NCBI GenBank assembly: GCA_002633005.1
Contig: NMRA01000099.1
Location: 62,001 to 126,000 of the forward strand
Length of the DNA stretch: 64,000 nt
Direction: 5' to 3'
DNA from: Phoronis australis
Taxonomy: Eukaryota; Animalia; Phoronida
The notes beneath the pieces were generated by a model that was not told the DNA's origin, did no database searches, and was given only the letters and a program-made list of their open reading frames with translations. Below are positions 11,689 through 24,805 of the stretch, piece after piece. The position numbers were made by a program, and so were the translations under genes. Every line of letters begins with the position of its first letter. Position 1 is the first letter of the stretch.

Positions 11689-12719
11689 GTGAGTCGGTCT
11701 ATATAACGTTTTATCAATTTAAAAAATAGGAAAGATTGCATTGCTGTTGAAATTCGGACCTCAGGTACGTCTTGTCTAATGGTCCATTCCCACTCGACAT
11801 TGATAGCGCCTTGACATGGAAAACCATTAGATGGATTTAACTGTTAGAAAAGGATATCAAAATTTTACTTGTCGAGATACCAATGCCTTTCTATCATTGG
11901 AATGAATTTACACGTGACGTGCGATTGATATGAATGTTGGAAGCTTTGGCGAGCACGCGGTACCATTAACTTCTTTTAGCCGACCTGAAGCTTTCATAGG
12001 AGTGTGGAACATGCGACTCAGTCGGGAGACTTTTTTCCGGCGGCACATTTCAAGGAATTGCGTTTCGACCGGCAAACCCAAAAACGGCGTTTAGATGAAA
12101 GACTCGCCACCTTGTAAATGTATTTGCAAATTTTACAAATAACGAACGAACTGTTTCCATTCAAGGGGGAATGACGCCGGCGCCAAGCAATCGACCCCTG
12201 CCCACATCGACATGGAGTGCTACGACACGTAGGCTTAGGACATTGTGTTTAGTCTGTACTCATTCCATCATGGCAATAGTGAATACGAGTTACCCAAGTT
12301 TGCTGTGGCCTTTGTCATTGATTATTAGGTGTATATTTTGTGAATATTAACCACCCTTGGTTCAGTTGTTTCAGGCTCACATATGTTTGCAGCGTTTCTC
12401 ATGGAAGTTTGTCGAGTACATACGGCCTCAAACCCGACGAATGTTCGCTAACGGTGGGAAATTTAGTTCATTGTGTGGTTTTTCAAGTACTTGAGTGTGA
12501 TGTTCGTATCCTCCGCTCTCGCTCATAATCGTCCTTGTCTTCTGATCTGCTGTGTTCCGCCATGCAATTGATTGTCAAGTGACCGAACGTCTCCCCTCGC
12601 TGGTTCCCTACGTGTTAGTCAGCACGCTCGCTGGTTCACTGCGTGCTTAGCCCCAGCCAGCACGCAGGTATCACCCTTCGCTGGTTCCCTGCGTGCTTAG
12701 CCCAGCCAGCACGCAGGTA

Positions 12720-14003
12720 TCACGCATTGGCACGCGATTTAGCATTGGTCGATGTAACGTCGGCAGTCATTGGTTAGCTTTATAACACCGTGAAAAATGG
12801 CGGACTGTGAACGATTTTTAGCCTTGTCATGCAAGAGGCGTCGCAGCAACTATTTCGTTTCTGCAGTGATGCTTAATAGCCACGTGCTTGAAGCACATAA
12901 ATGTACAATAAACACATATCTGGCCGATTTAACCGGTGTGTTATTCATACTGTATGAATACAGGACACATCGTAAACCGTAAAGTCATCGACAGTAGAAA
13001 GATATGCATTCCCAAAAGGCGCAAAAAATTTCTAGGCTTCACATTTCCTGAACACAAATTTTAAGAACCGATTTCAGTGGCAGATCTAGGATACCATAAG
13101 AGGGGACCCAACATGTTGTATCGGGGAATCGGGCAAAGGGCGATTGTATGTGCAACTCAGGCCCGAAGTTGCGGGAGCCGGGTATGTGGACGTTCTGTTC
13201 GGAAGCGCGATATGGAACCCCCATCTCCGCGTCCTCGTTGCTTACTCAACATTTCCTCGCGCTTCACGCAGTTGCTATTCCATTTTTGCTTACGGCAGCC
13301 AAGGGGGGGGGTCGGGCCCCCTGCCCCGCCCCCTAAATCCGCCTATCAACAGAACAGATTTACACTTCAGTCCATCAGTCATGAGAGTTTGTTTGCGTAA
13401 AGCGCTGCCTGTTGAGAATTCGACTAGCCAATCAGAAAGGTTGGTGTAAAAAAATTTCCCGAGGAAAATTAGGTGATACCTGCGTGCTGGCGCGGCTACT
13501 GCCCCACCTAGCGGCAGGCAGGGAACCAGCGAGGTATCACCCAGTGGCATGCGCTTTAGCATTGGTCGATGTAACCTCGGCAGTCATTGGTTAGCTTTAA
13601 AACACTTTGAAAAAAAATGGCGGACTGTGAACGATTTTTAGCCTTGTAATGCAAGTGCCCGGGTGTCGCAGCAACTGTTTCGTTTCTGCAGTGATGTTTA
13701 ATAGCAGAGTGCTTGAAGCACATACATGTACAATAAACACATATCTGGCCGATTTAACCGGTGTGTTATTCATACTGTATGAATAAGGGACACGTAACTG
13801 TATCGTAAACAAAAGTCCTCGACATGCAGTACAGTGCACTCTGAAAAGGCACAACCACAATTTCTAGGATTCACATTTCCTGAATTTTAAGCACCGATTT
13901 GTCTGCCCAACAGGGTACCATATTTACACTTCAGTCCATCAGTCATGCCAGTTTGTTAGCGTAAAGCGCTGCCTGTTGAGAATTCGGACTAGCCAATCAG
14001 AAA
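12720..14003. repeat. Two diverged direct copies of a ~450 bp unit (12720-13440, interrupted by a MITE; 13540-14003)
   Basis: Shared gcattggtcgatgtaac...aaaatggcggactgtgaacgattttta... and tttacacttcagtccatcagtcatg...agccaatcagaa blocks. Flanked by inverted gcacgcaggtatcac / gtgatacctgcgtgc motifs. Confidence 0.85.
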
Positions 14004-16194
14004 CTTCGGCTGCATCATTTGGCAGGAAACTTGGAAGTAACTAATTTTTCTTCAAAAGTAGAAATTCGCGACTACTTGGCATAAAAAGTGCTTTTTAGTT
14101 AGATTTTATAGTATTCATTTTATATTAGCTAACTGAAACCTCAAAAAGTAAGAAAATGCATGGTGGGAACTCTTTAAAGAATAACCATCATTTTGGTGAA
14201 TAGTGCTTAAAGTATATATTACGTTAGCCAGCCGGCTAGCTGTATGAAGACTATGGTCAAAATGCAGCGAGGTACCATTGCGTGTTTTTCTTCCATAGAC
14301 CCCGAAATTGCTCACAGCCAGGGTAGTTCTCGTCACTCGCCGTGAAACCTGTATCAACATGTAGAGCTAAAGACCGGGCAGGGTGCATGCAAAATCTGGG
14401 AATCAAACGGCACTCGCCTTGCCCGTTACAACCGTTTAAGTGGAAAACAATCTAATAAACGTCATTCTCTTGCGTAATCCTCCGCCACAAAGAAAAGTTA
14501 TATCGTCATTTTGAAAACAGTACGCTCGTGACACTCGCACGCTTCATTTCCTAAATTTTTGCGACTTCTCTCGGGAGATGATGATGGTTTGGCAGCAGCA
14601 AAATTACTCCTGAAATTCGGTTTTTCGGTATCAAAATTCTAAAAACTTGTAACTTAATGAAACCAGTTCTGATAATTTGTTGTGATATCTACGCAACCTC
14701 GTGGAAGAAGAACAGTTGATTAAAGAATCTTCGAGGAAATAAGCTGGTTAATGGGTGACGCAATATTTCATGGCTCCGAAAGCCGTCGCTAAAGATGGCT
14801 TCACAACTTTAGCAGCAAAATAACGGTAGAACGCCATTTTTTCCAACACCGTTAAATAATTTAGTTTACTCAAGGAAGAATGTAGTTTTTAATGACACCA
14901 ATTTTGTGTCAGTTTCTATCTTACCACATCGGGGCAAACTTGTATATTTAGTATACAGCTTCGTACCAAGGCTAATATTACGTGAAATGTATGACGTTTG
15001 AAAGTTAATAAAATTCGAACATTTCCCAGAGTCCTACATAATCTTAATCACTGAAATGGGTTTCAAGGGAGAATCGCAACCTTGGATTTATAGGTTAAGA
15101 AAGACAAAGCGCAAGCTTGCATCAAGTTTGACAAAATCTCTCATATGTAAAAGTCCCACAAATACATTCAACGTGGTTTTGTTGTAGGTGCTTTAATCAC
15201 TGCTTAAAACGACTGTGAAGCCGTGGGGTAGGAAGATTCTCTTCAGTGAGGACGAAGGCAAAGCGTGCTCCTCCTCGGTCGGCAGCAGTGTATTCACGTG
15301 TGTCACGCAACCCCCCNCCCCCCCCCCCGTCCTTTCAGCACCAATACAGTCTCTTGTGTCACTGCATCTCTGGACCTGGTTTGGTTACAAAAATCATTAC
15401 CGCGACACGTTACGTGATATAGTGTTTTTTTTTGTTTTTGGACAGAACTAAGAAATAACGCATCACCTAATTTTCAGGCACAGGCCAAATGTTCCGATCT
15501 AAGGTTATTTCTGACCATTTATCGACTTGTCTGTGTACTTAGCCCAGTATCTACAAGACTGCAAATGTTTATATTTTCTGTAAGTGGGAACTCTGTAAAA
15601 TCCGATTTATTACTTTTTAAAAACATGTCTTTAATTGCTTCACGTTACCATGTCTCTTTACTAAAATTTAGCAAAAATGTACCCTGATAGCAAAAGAACA
15701 ACAACATGGATAAAATTTAGTTCAAGATGAAATTTCAAAAATGCCGCTCCAGTTAACTAAGTTATCATTTCGTTTTCGTTTTATACAACTTTTGACTTTT
15801 TCATGAAAATCATAAAAGATATATTTTTGATAGCCCAACATGCAAAGTCGGAGCATTCCTAACAATATGTTAGAGAACTGCGCATAAAGCAAATTATCTG
15901 AAAGAATCTGATCAGCCATACCTGAGATTTGATTTTACGAAGACAGCCAAATTTGGACATTTTTCTGGAGTCCTACATTGCTTTAACAGTCCATAAGCGG
16001 ATTCAGAAGTCAAGGGGATCCGTATCCCCCCTTTTCTTTTGATTTTAGCGATATCAAATCTAGAATTTTCAAATTGTTGACTTGGGCCCCGTTTTTAGAA
16101 AAATTCTTGATCCGACCCCCTCCCCTTTTAATAAATCTTGGATCCGCCCCTGCAGTTCATACACACTTTACAGAGTTTGTCCCCGCCTCTCCTA

Positions 16195-16942
16195 GGGCCC
16201 GGATTCTAATCTTTGTACTCGAAATTGGACTCAAAATTATTTTGGCATATATTCCGTTCTACTATAATATGAACTCAAGATAAGGAAATATTTTGTGTTC
16301 GAGTACGGTATGTTTCTCCTGGGCCCAGGTAGAGCGGACCTTGAACAAGTGTTTTTTTTTTGTCATTTCTCGTCCTACCTGAATACGACCTCAAAATATA
16401 TGTGTAATCCTTTTACATTTGATGACCCCAGTATTAAAGCTAGAGATCTAAGTCTGAACTTAAAATCTCGAGTTTTTACTCGAAATCTCGAGCTCTACCC
16501 GAGTTTGTAGCTGGAATACTGGGGTCATCTTATACCGACATGGGCTAGACACTCATCTGCGAAAATCATAATATACTGGAGCACAGAATAATAGAGTTTG
16601 TATAAGTATAACGGAAGAAGACAAAAATATTTTGAAGTTCGATTTCGAGTCAAAAGATTAGACTTCGATCCATGGATGACTGTCCAACCCTGGTTTGCAC
16701 TTGACGACCCCAGCATTAAAGCTATAAGTTCGAATATGAACTCGAAATGTCGAGTTTTTACTCGAGTTTGTGGCTTTATTCTAGGGTTCGTCATTTTGAG
16801 ACTTGGACTTAAAACTCATCTGTGTATACCATAATGCACGTGAGCTCACAACAATACACAGTTATCTTGAGTTTGTGTTAAAGCAGGACGAAAAAGGTAA
16901 AGATTATTTCGATCTCGAGTTCGGGGATTAGACCCCAGGCCC
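16195..16942. mobile_element. Harbinger-like MITE with internal ~280 bp diverged repeats
   Basis: Inverted termini GGGCCCGGATTCTAATC / GATTAGACCCCAGGCCC; the block gaccccag(t/c)attaaagcta...cgagtttttactcga recurs at ~16423 and ~16706. Confidence 0.6.
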
Positions 16943-17569
16943 CGATTTGCTAGACTAGGAGGACGAGTGCTCGTTCCATGTTTACCCTAAAAAGCAAACA
17001 AGCGTGCGGAACAGAAGTTGTATTTGTCGTTGTCTGTCTAAAATGACATTTGCTTTTCATAAGGCGTTAGCTTAGCAAGCACGTTTCGGTAGTTTAGTGT
17101 TCAGTTTCATGGTCAATTTATTTTAGATTGGGGTTTTCACATAACATGTTGTGATAGTGAACGTGTTGTCAGGCGCATTTGTCAAAGACGGTTTGGATGC
17201 AGGAGATCCCCAAAGAACTGCTCGAATTAGATCATGATTATCAATGTGTGATAGGTGCATAGCAAAATGGAACTTAGCAAGACCTAGGAGTCTTATTTCC
17301 AAATGTATCGCCAGGTCTTCCGTATTATGGGTGCAATTCGTCAAGTGTAAGAAAGGTGGTGCAGGAGCCAATAACTTTGTTCGTGTTGTCATCAAAATAT
17401 GCTCAACAAAAAGACACCAACACCGTGTCTTTAACTTAGAAATAGGTAAGATCGACTTAAAACTAAGTACGAACGTGCGGTCTCGAAGCCAGAAAGTGGT
17501 CTTTAAGAACACACATGCGAATTATTTATGCGGAGTACTTTTATTGACAAGACGACTTTTAAGAATTAG

Positions 17570-18043
17570 GTGTCTGAAATATTCTCTGTGGACAACTGGA
17601 TTGTTGACGAGATGGATGGGACAATGAGATTAGAAAGCGAGGCCAGACAAGCAAAGTTGCGTGGGAAACGGAAGCCCATTCCAAACGCCAAGCGTGAAAC
17701 CAGGGAAGATGTAAGAATGAAAAATAAATTTCATGATCGCATGTTGAGCGTGCAAATAAGAGACTTGGAGAAAAAACGCAAGGTATTTCTGTCCAATCAC
17801 AGAAGAACGATGGACGATTTGAACAAGTTTGCTGATAAACTGCAACCCATGACAAGTTGTTTCGATTTGAATAACAATAAAAGTTTTAACAGTAACTCGT
17901 CAAAGGTAGCAGGAGATCAACCGATGGACTACCAAGCGCAAGTATCTTCACCAGCCTCCAGATCACAGCGACCTATTACCACCGGCTTAAGCACAAGAAT
18001 GAAAGATGGGACAAGCATTGTGCGATCAAAAACTCCAAAGTAG
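17570..18043 (+). CDS. Candidate terminal exon of an uncharacterised basic coiled-coil protein
   Basis: 157-codon open frame after ttag|, with in-frame ATGs (MDGTM), a helical segment EDVRMKNKFHDRMLSVQIRDLEKKRKVFLSNHRRTMDDLNKF, and AATAAA signals at ~18088 and ~18124. Confidence 0.5.
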   Translation: MSEIFSVDNWIVDEMDGTMRLESEARQAKLRGKRKPIPNAKRETREDVRMKNKFHDRMLSVQIRDLEKKRKVFLSNHRRTMDDLNKFADKLQPMTSCFDLNNNKSFNSNSSKVAGDQPMDYQAQVSSPASRSQRPITTGLSTRMKDGTSIVRSKTPK

Positions 18044-20195
18044 AAAAGTGTGAAGATAAACAGCTTTGAGTGACAGTGTTGTGACCGAATAAAAAGTTAA
18101 AATTACGACACCTTCAATATTTTAATAAAGGATGTAAAATATAGTCACATAGCCAATTATCTAAAAAATAATGCACGTCATGCGAAAAAGCGACCCATGC
18201 AGCTACCAAATTCATAGAAATGTATGCCTGTTATATAATTAGCAAATTTGATAACCGTACAGTCATTCAGTTACCAAATGAATGAGCTTCGGAGTAACCC
18301 ATGCAATTGTTTGAAATTAGGTAGGATGACACAACTACCTGAATAGTTTGAAGTAACAAGTACATTCATGTGTAAAATTGCAAAAAGGCACCGAATCTGC
18401 GGCTCAATCCCATTACGACTTACTCGTACTAACTATGTAGTTTTACTTATAGGCTGAACCCCGGGGTTGCATAGAAAAGTACATGGCCTGAAACCAGTGA
18501 TGGCCAGATACAGCCAAACCCAAAGCAAATTTTGCTTGTGTAAATGGGTACCCATGATCCACACTGCCACGGGTACCATTGTGCATTGAGTAGGTCTAAA
18601 ACACCAAAGTAAGTGGGTGTTGTACCTGAGGATTCTCCAGGTGACGTTGACGAAATTCAGTCAAAATGCCTAACCGTTCATTTCAATTGGCAATTAAATA
18701 CTTTAGTGTGGTCAGAGTGATGCTTTTAACATTTTGTAGGAACTAAATATACATGTGTCACTGCGCAATGTAGTCTTCAAGCCACTTTGGTCTTTTTCTC
18801 GATGCCTCATACTGAGAGATCTTGATCCTCTTCATTTCTGACTGCTCTATTAATACTTAATGATAAATGAATATTATGCCATTTTTGTAAGCAGCTAATT
18901 GATTGGTTAACATAATTCATTGGTGTCTACGTGTTTTGTCGCATAACGGGTTAGGCTACATGGTCTTTTGTTCATACCCATCCAATTTGATATTAGATGT
19001 GACGACTTCTGAGTCTTCTGTTAAAAATGAATGATAAAAGACTTATGTCATTTTCATAATCAACTAATTGCAGAATTTTATGACTCACTGCTGTCTGCAT
19101 GTTGAGTCAAAAATTTGAATTTCAGGTAGGATCCCCTTTTGAGTCTTGAGTTGGACAAACTTGGAGATCAGTGGTACACCGACACTATACATTATTCACT
19201 GAGGTCCCCTAAATGTCATAATGACCGAGGAAAAATAAATTAGTTCGCACTCTAACGACATTGTAATTTATAAAGTAAAGCCCGGTCTACACTGGCAAAC
19301 TCTACCAAATTCATTTGCAAGCACGACCAAACTTGGTGTTTGGTGACGTTTTGATAAGTTCGGCATCCAGTTTACGCTATCAAATTCTGCCAAATGTGCG
19401 AGCACATCCGCCAAACTGTTTGGTTGCTGCAAAGTGATGTCTTGCGAGAAAATGTCTCGAGTCCGCTCGACTGCCAAACAATACGTCTTGGAAATCGACA
19501 TTTCACGAATCCGCTCAAAAATAGTTCCGCAACGGATAGTTTAAGACAAGACAAAACAGAGAAGTTTACCATACACGTGCTCTCTTATATGCACCGGAGT
19601 GTTCTGAAGACAAGCTCGGTGCGTACATTGGGAAAATATCAGGAACCGAAAAGTCAAATTCAATATTCACCCGAGTGCAGTTTGGAAGTGACGGATAAAC
19701 GCTCGGTGCATCAGTGCTGTAGCCGGCGCGCAAACGATGGACATTTTCCTCACTAAAGTACCGTGACTAAAATTGTTTCTATAATAGCCGACGAAAGTTT
19801 AAAGTTTGCTTAAATAACGACAACACGTCAGTTGTAACGTGACCTGAATCATTATGCATGGAAAAATTGTCAGCCGCCATTAGTCGTAGGAGCTCATGCT
19901 GACTCAAATTTTTGATTTTAGTTGGAGAGTGCATGTTCGGCTGACACACCTTTCGGATTCATGGCTTACTTTGATTTCTTTCCAGCGTCCTCTTGCGACC
20001 ATAAAGAAAACGTGTCAGGAAAAATCAGTCTTGTTTTTTCGAATTTTCAATCATCATCATGATGAATGTTCCTGATCGGCCGTCATCGAAAACGCCCCCT
20101 TGTATTCAGCGCTGAACTTAGAAACAGTACCGTGTGATCACCAACATGTTTTGGGATTTCCACTGTTCTATTTTAATTTAAAGTAGCTATTCGCT

Positions 20196-20617
20196 TAGGC
20201 AACACGTAGCCCCTCGGTTGGCTGGATAGAATTAGGGGCTACAATACTTCCCATCGTTTTTTCTACTAATTTCGTCGTGTGTGTTTTAAAGAGGCGATAG
20301 ACATAAAATTGTCACTCAGTTTCTTCAGCGATCCTTTCTGGTTCTGTGATTATCTTTGATGGAGGTTATCTATGGGAATTAAGATGCCTTCGTTCAAGAT
20401 TTCCAACTCCAAGCTCGAGCGAACCGCGACAGATTTTCATGGATATCTTTAAATTTATGTTGTATCCAGAGTCATGGTATGTGTTAATGATAACTCTATG
20501 TGCATGTATACATGTTTCATTCGATTTTAATCGCTTTATTTTGAGATGACTAACTTTTTATGGGGATGTACTATAGCCCCTGTATACCTGAGGCATACAA
20601 AGCGACGTAACTGCCCA
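20196..20617. mobile_element. Non-autonomous DNA transposon with short TAGGCA termini and a 9-bp TSD (copy 1, shorter)
   Basis: TSD ctattcgct (20187-20195) / ttattcgct (20618-20626); both ends match 39549-40298. Confidence 0.85.
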
Positions 20618-23600
20618 TTATTCGCTTGGCAGACAGCATTCTCCAGTGTTAAGATGGCGACACGCCAGTAGTTCTATCGATGAGCTTTTACGTTTTTTTA
20701 TTTTAATCGCAAAATAGGAATTTCCGATAAACGATCATCGAAAACACTCTTATACATTGGTCGGAGTAAAACCAACTTAATCAGACTTTGCTCAACTCAC
20801 TTTCTTGTAAAACAGGTCATTTACAATTAGAAAACGACTCGATATTTTTCTCGCTCAAACCAGCGTTTTGCGTGGGTGGGACAACAAAAGAATGGGGTAG
20901 CAAACCGCCCAGTATTCTGCTAGTAAAGACAATATGATCATCAAGACATTTTGAGTAATTTATGTTGTGAAGTCGGTATTCGCTTTTGCGTTCGCTTACC
21001 GGGTAAATCACAATCACGGTACATATTCGAAAGTCAACTTTGTTACGGGCTAAAATAAAATTTCCTGGTCACTTACCAAATGCCAACTGAATCTCGTATG
21101 CAAAGGGTTATTTAGTTGTGCAAATTAAAAAAAGAATCATCAAAATCGGACCATGTTTGAGAAATTTGTGCAATTTTTGTCTATGAATTTCATGCATTTT
21201 TAGCGTTACGAGTGGCCATTTTAAAAATTTCAATTTCCAACTGAACAGCAGAAACGAAATTTAATTTATTAAGTAAGGAATTGTTTTGAAATGACTAGGA
21301 ATAACTCGCGTCACTTTCAGAATCACTTCGATGAAGTTGTGCTTAATCATTGAGAAATGGTAGGATTCATCCTAAAACAGGAACTCGTTACGAAATTAAA
21401 TTTCTGCGTTTCTAACTCTCATCTACTGTAATGAAGATTAAAAAGTAAAGTTAACACTATATAATTACGAAAAGAACTGCAGAATACGTTAATCTAGGCA
21501 ACACAGCAATTTTTTCAATATCTTAGCAAACCAAAAGTTTGGATATTAATCTGCGTGTTATGTTGAAAAAGGGCCAAAAAGGCTAACAAAATGTAGTGTA
21601 CGTGCCCCCAAGTTAAATTCAGTAACACAAATGGTGATTGCAAATGAAATTGTTGACTTTTAGATAACAACATAGTACTTATTATCATCAAAGAAAAATA
21701 AATGGCGAAACAACATTATGTTACCACGTGATGCAGAAACAGTGCACGTACTTCGTATTTAGTTACAAACCTACCATGTCACTGAAATGTAGTGTACGCA
21801 CCCCTGTGTAGTGTACTCTGCCATGCCCCCCCCCCAACTCAAAATCCTGGATCTGCCCCTGAAGTTAATAAATGAACAGATACCTTATGAATTTTTGCAT
21901 GAAAAAAGTGGGCTGTGACCACAAGTTGGAGTGTACTTACCATTTTATACAACTGTGATGCATCAGGCCATAAAATTTTATTCGGTGGTTCTTGTGCAAA
22001 AATATTTCAGACTACAAACCTGGAAAGATGGTACTTTAAAATAACCCAGATTTTATAGTTATATGACTTCCTTCATTTTTCAGCAAAAGTGGCCACCTTG
22101 ATTGTGATTTTCCTGTTACTTATTCATCGTGGTCAAGTTGCACGTCCTGTGGTGGTGTTAAATCAGGCCACGTCGACCAAACATAAAAGCTTACTGTAAC
22201 CCCACTAAAATTTTATAAATCTCCAGAAAACTCTTTATCGACGCAATTTTAGGGTTGCCTTTCAGCAACATCATCTTTCTATTGCCGTTTTGGAACAATG
22301 CCGACTATATTCAACCAGTTGGGTATGGGATAGAAATAGTATACAAGTAATGCTGTGTAGTTCCTTCCGATGTCTCTACGCGGAATTCTTACAAAACGAT
22401 TGCAATGTTCTGGAAGGCATGAGTTCCTCCACTCATCGCAATGCTTTTACTAAAAGGAATCCTCCCACAAGTCTCGAAGAATGTACAAAGGATTGCGAAG
22501 TTGAACCACCAATCGAAATCCTTAACTATGAAATACGTATTTCTGTCCTGCGATTGCATTAAGACGGTGTAATATTTACAGGTCCAACCACGAAAGTTCC
22601 ACCAACCATTAAGGCAGCTGTAGGTGGTGCAATTATACAGTTTCCGTAGATACACTATGAGGTCGCTGCAGGTAGGCCTAGGTGTTTATTGTTAAAAATT
22701 ACTTTACTTGTGGTTTTAGAGTACATTTCCCACGAAAATGGAAACAAATTAGCACTCGGCTATACAAATATTTCTCGAATGTACGCCCTGGTCGTTTCTG
22801 CTGTACATTTTACTTCTACATGTCCGGTAATGGGTGGCGCATCTGAAGATGGACCAGTCTGTAGTAAACCGGTTTAGAGATTTCAAACTAATAATAATTT
22901 GTGTCACGATACTTACCGGGATCCTTTTATAAACATGGCTTGTTTCAAACACGTGTCCTTCACAAAAATTCACCAACTTAGTTAAAGTTGAGCGGCATGG
23001 AAACCGCGAATCGTTGTCAATTCCAATGTTCATCTAAATCCCGAATGGGAGACCCGGCCACCGTTCTCTACGCTTTTTGTTAATTTGGTCAATAATTAGA
23101 TGCGGCTAGGTATTAATTACCCTGAAAATGATAAGATTCAGACCGCAGTGGGCACTAGACTATTTTATTTGTATATTTCCCACTCTCTTCTTGTGTTTGT
23201 GAATTCGTACAACCGTTTCGGTAAGGGACAGTCACCTCTTGGAGGGTCACCTTATATTCTTTTTCCAGGTTTTAATGGTGTAATATTATGGAGTCCACTT
23301 TCAGCTGTTTTTTTTTTCTTGGAGGGACGGCTCGGGCAATTTCTCGCTTGCTCCCATGTAAATCCGACCATGTCAACTATTGACGAAGTGGAGAGGATAA
23401 AATTGCTAGTTGGTTGAGAAAACCACAGAGCATGTTCATGTGAAAAACAGAAGCAACAAGACTTGCAGCTCAAACACGGAAAATGTGAGTCTGCATAGAA
23501 AAAAAATATTGACCGCCACCTCAGGACTGACATTTGAAAAACTTGAAGACAGATATTTGTGAATTACACAAAAACAGTAATCCTGATGATTTTAGAACAA

Positions 23601-23719
23601 ATTTACATGAAACACAGGTGTCGTGTGCTGCCTCTCCAAGTGTTGTCATCAACTAGAATGCGCCCTCTGCTACAATCTCGACCCCTAATCTAGTAGGCCT
23701 ATCATGTCGGATGTCGGGT

Positions 23720-24230
23720 CTCCGAAGTTGATTAGACTTCAGTCATCACTTGGAGTGTCACCTGTTTTCTCGCCGTAACCATAGCAACGACGCTACCTCT
23801 TCAGCTAATCTCACTGTGCACCTGTTGTGAACTCCTTCACGTGCAGTCCACGCACCCTGCTTTCTCAAACCCACTGCTTGAGTGAAGCGCTTCACCTCTT
23901 CCGGGTGACGCACTTCTTCCAATAACTTTCAGCAATGATCTTTCCCTCTAGCTGTCTCCCACCTTTAAACGGTCTGATACCTAGACCTCCACAACCTCGG
24001 GAACCTGCTCATATCAAACCTTTATGGCAAAGCCTGCTCTCTGGTGCTGCTATCACTACTTCTGAGCTCAACTTTCTGTCTGCGAAAACATCAACTTTCA
24101 CGTCACTAATATCTAATCTTCATCTTTCGAGTCCTGCAGAGTCAGAATAGACCTGCACTAATAACGCTTCCATAATAGATCGTGTTATATGTTTACGGCT
24201 GGAGACTTTTCATGTCCAACCTGGTGAAAC
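23720..24230 (-). mobile_element. Highly decayed HERO non-LTR fragment (post-RT region and C-terminus, internally deleted)
   Basis: LTLQDSKDE; ADRKLSSEVVIAAPESRLCHKGLI*AGSRGCGGLG; EVRHPEEVKRFTQAVGLRKQGAWT; VASLLWLRRE resemble the HERO motifs TGRKW..AESRLRH..GRAGLG, QQGAWT and ASRWLWLRR. Confidence 0.7.
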
Positions 24231-24805
24231 TTGGAGAGATGACATTATACCAATTGTTTTAGAACGGCAAGAATATCGATACGTTTCCCTAAAGAATTTT
24301 GAGAATAGTATTGCTTTTGAAAATCGTTTACAAGGAGGGCATTGTTCGTCGATCAGCCTGGGATTTTGATGACCTTGTACAGGGTAAATTTCAAACGGAT
24401 TAAGACGCTCAAAGCACTTGTGCTGACAGTCGTAAACAAAATATGTCTGGGATTTTTGGAGTGCGAGATTAACTGTACCAGGCAACCACTCGAATAAACC
24501 AGAATTCACGTTAACACCAATAAATTCTGTAGACATCTGTTCTGGAAGCGCCCCTCGTGTTGTCAGTCATGTATGTGTGTGTGCATCCCTTCGGGAACGA
24601 CGACCAATAATTCCCTACAGAAAATTGTGGATTTGAAAAATGTCTCGCAATAAATTTCTAGGCCTGACCTACGCGATGTGTGTGCCTTTTAGTTATGTCG
24701 TGTTGCCACATGACGACCCAACTAAGATTATTTTCATCTGTCTGATAAATTGTAAGGTTCATCATTTTTTGATTTAAATGTTTATGCCTCGACGAAATAT
24801 CGCCG

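Noticed and set aside
22290-23640. Coding-like composition and short ORFs
   Set aside because: No recognisable motif, frequent stops and no consistent splice pattern.
23776-23790. RFX X-box-like motif GTAACCATAGCAAC
   Set aside because: It is the antisense of the HERO LLWL codons and no promoter context is evident.
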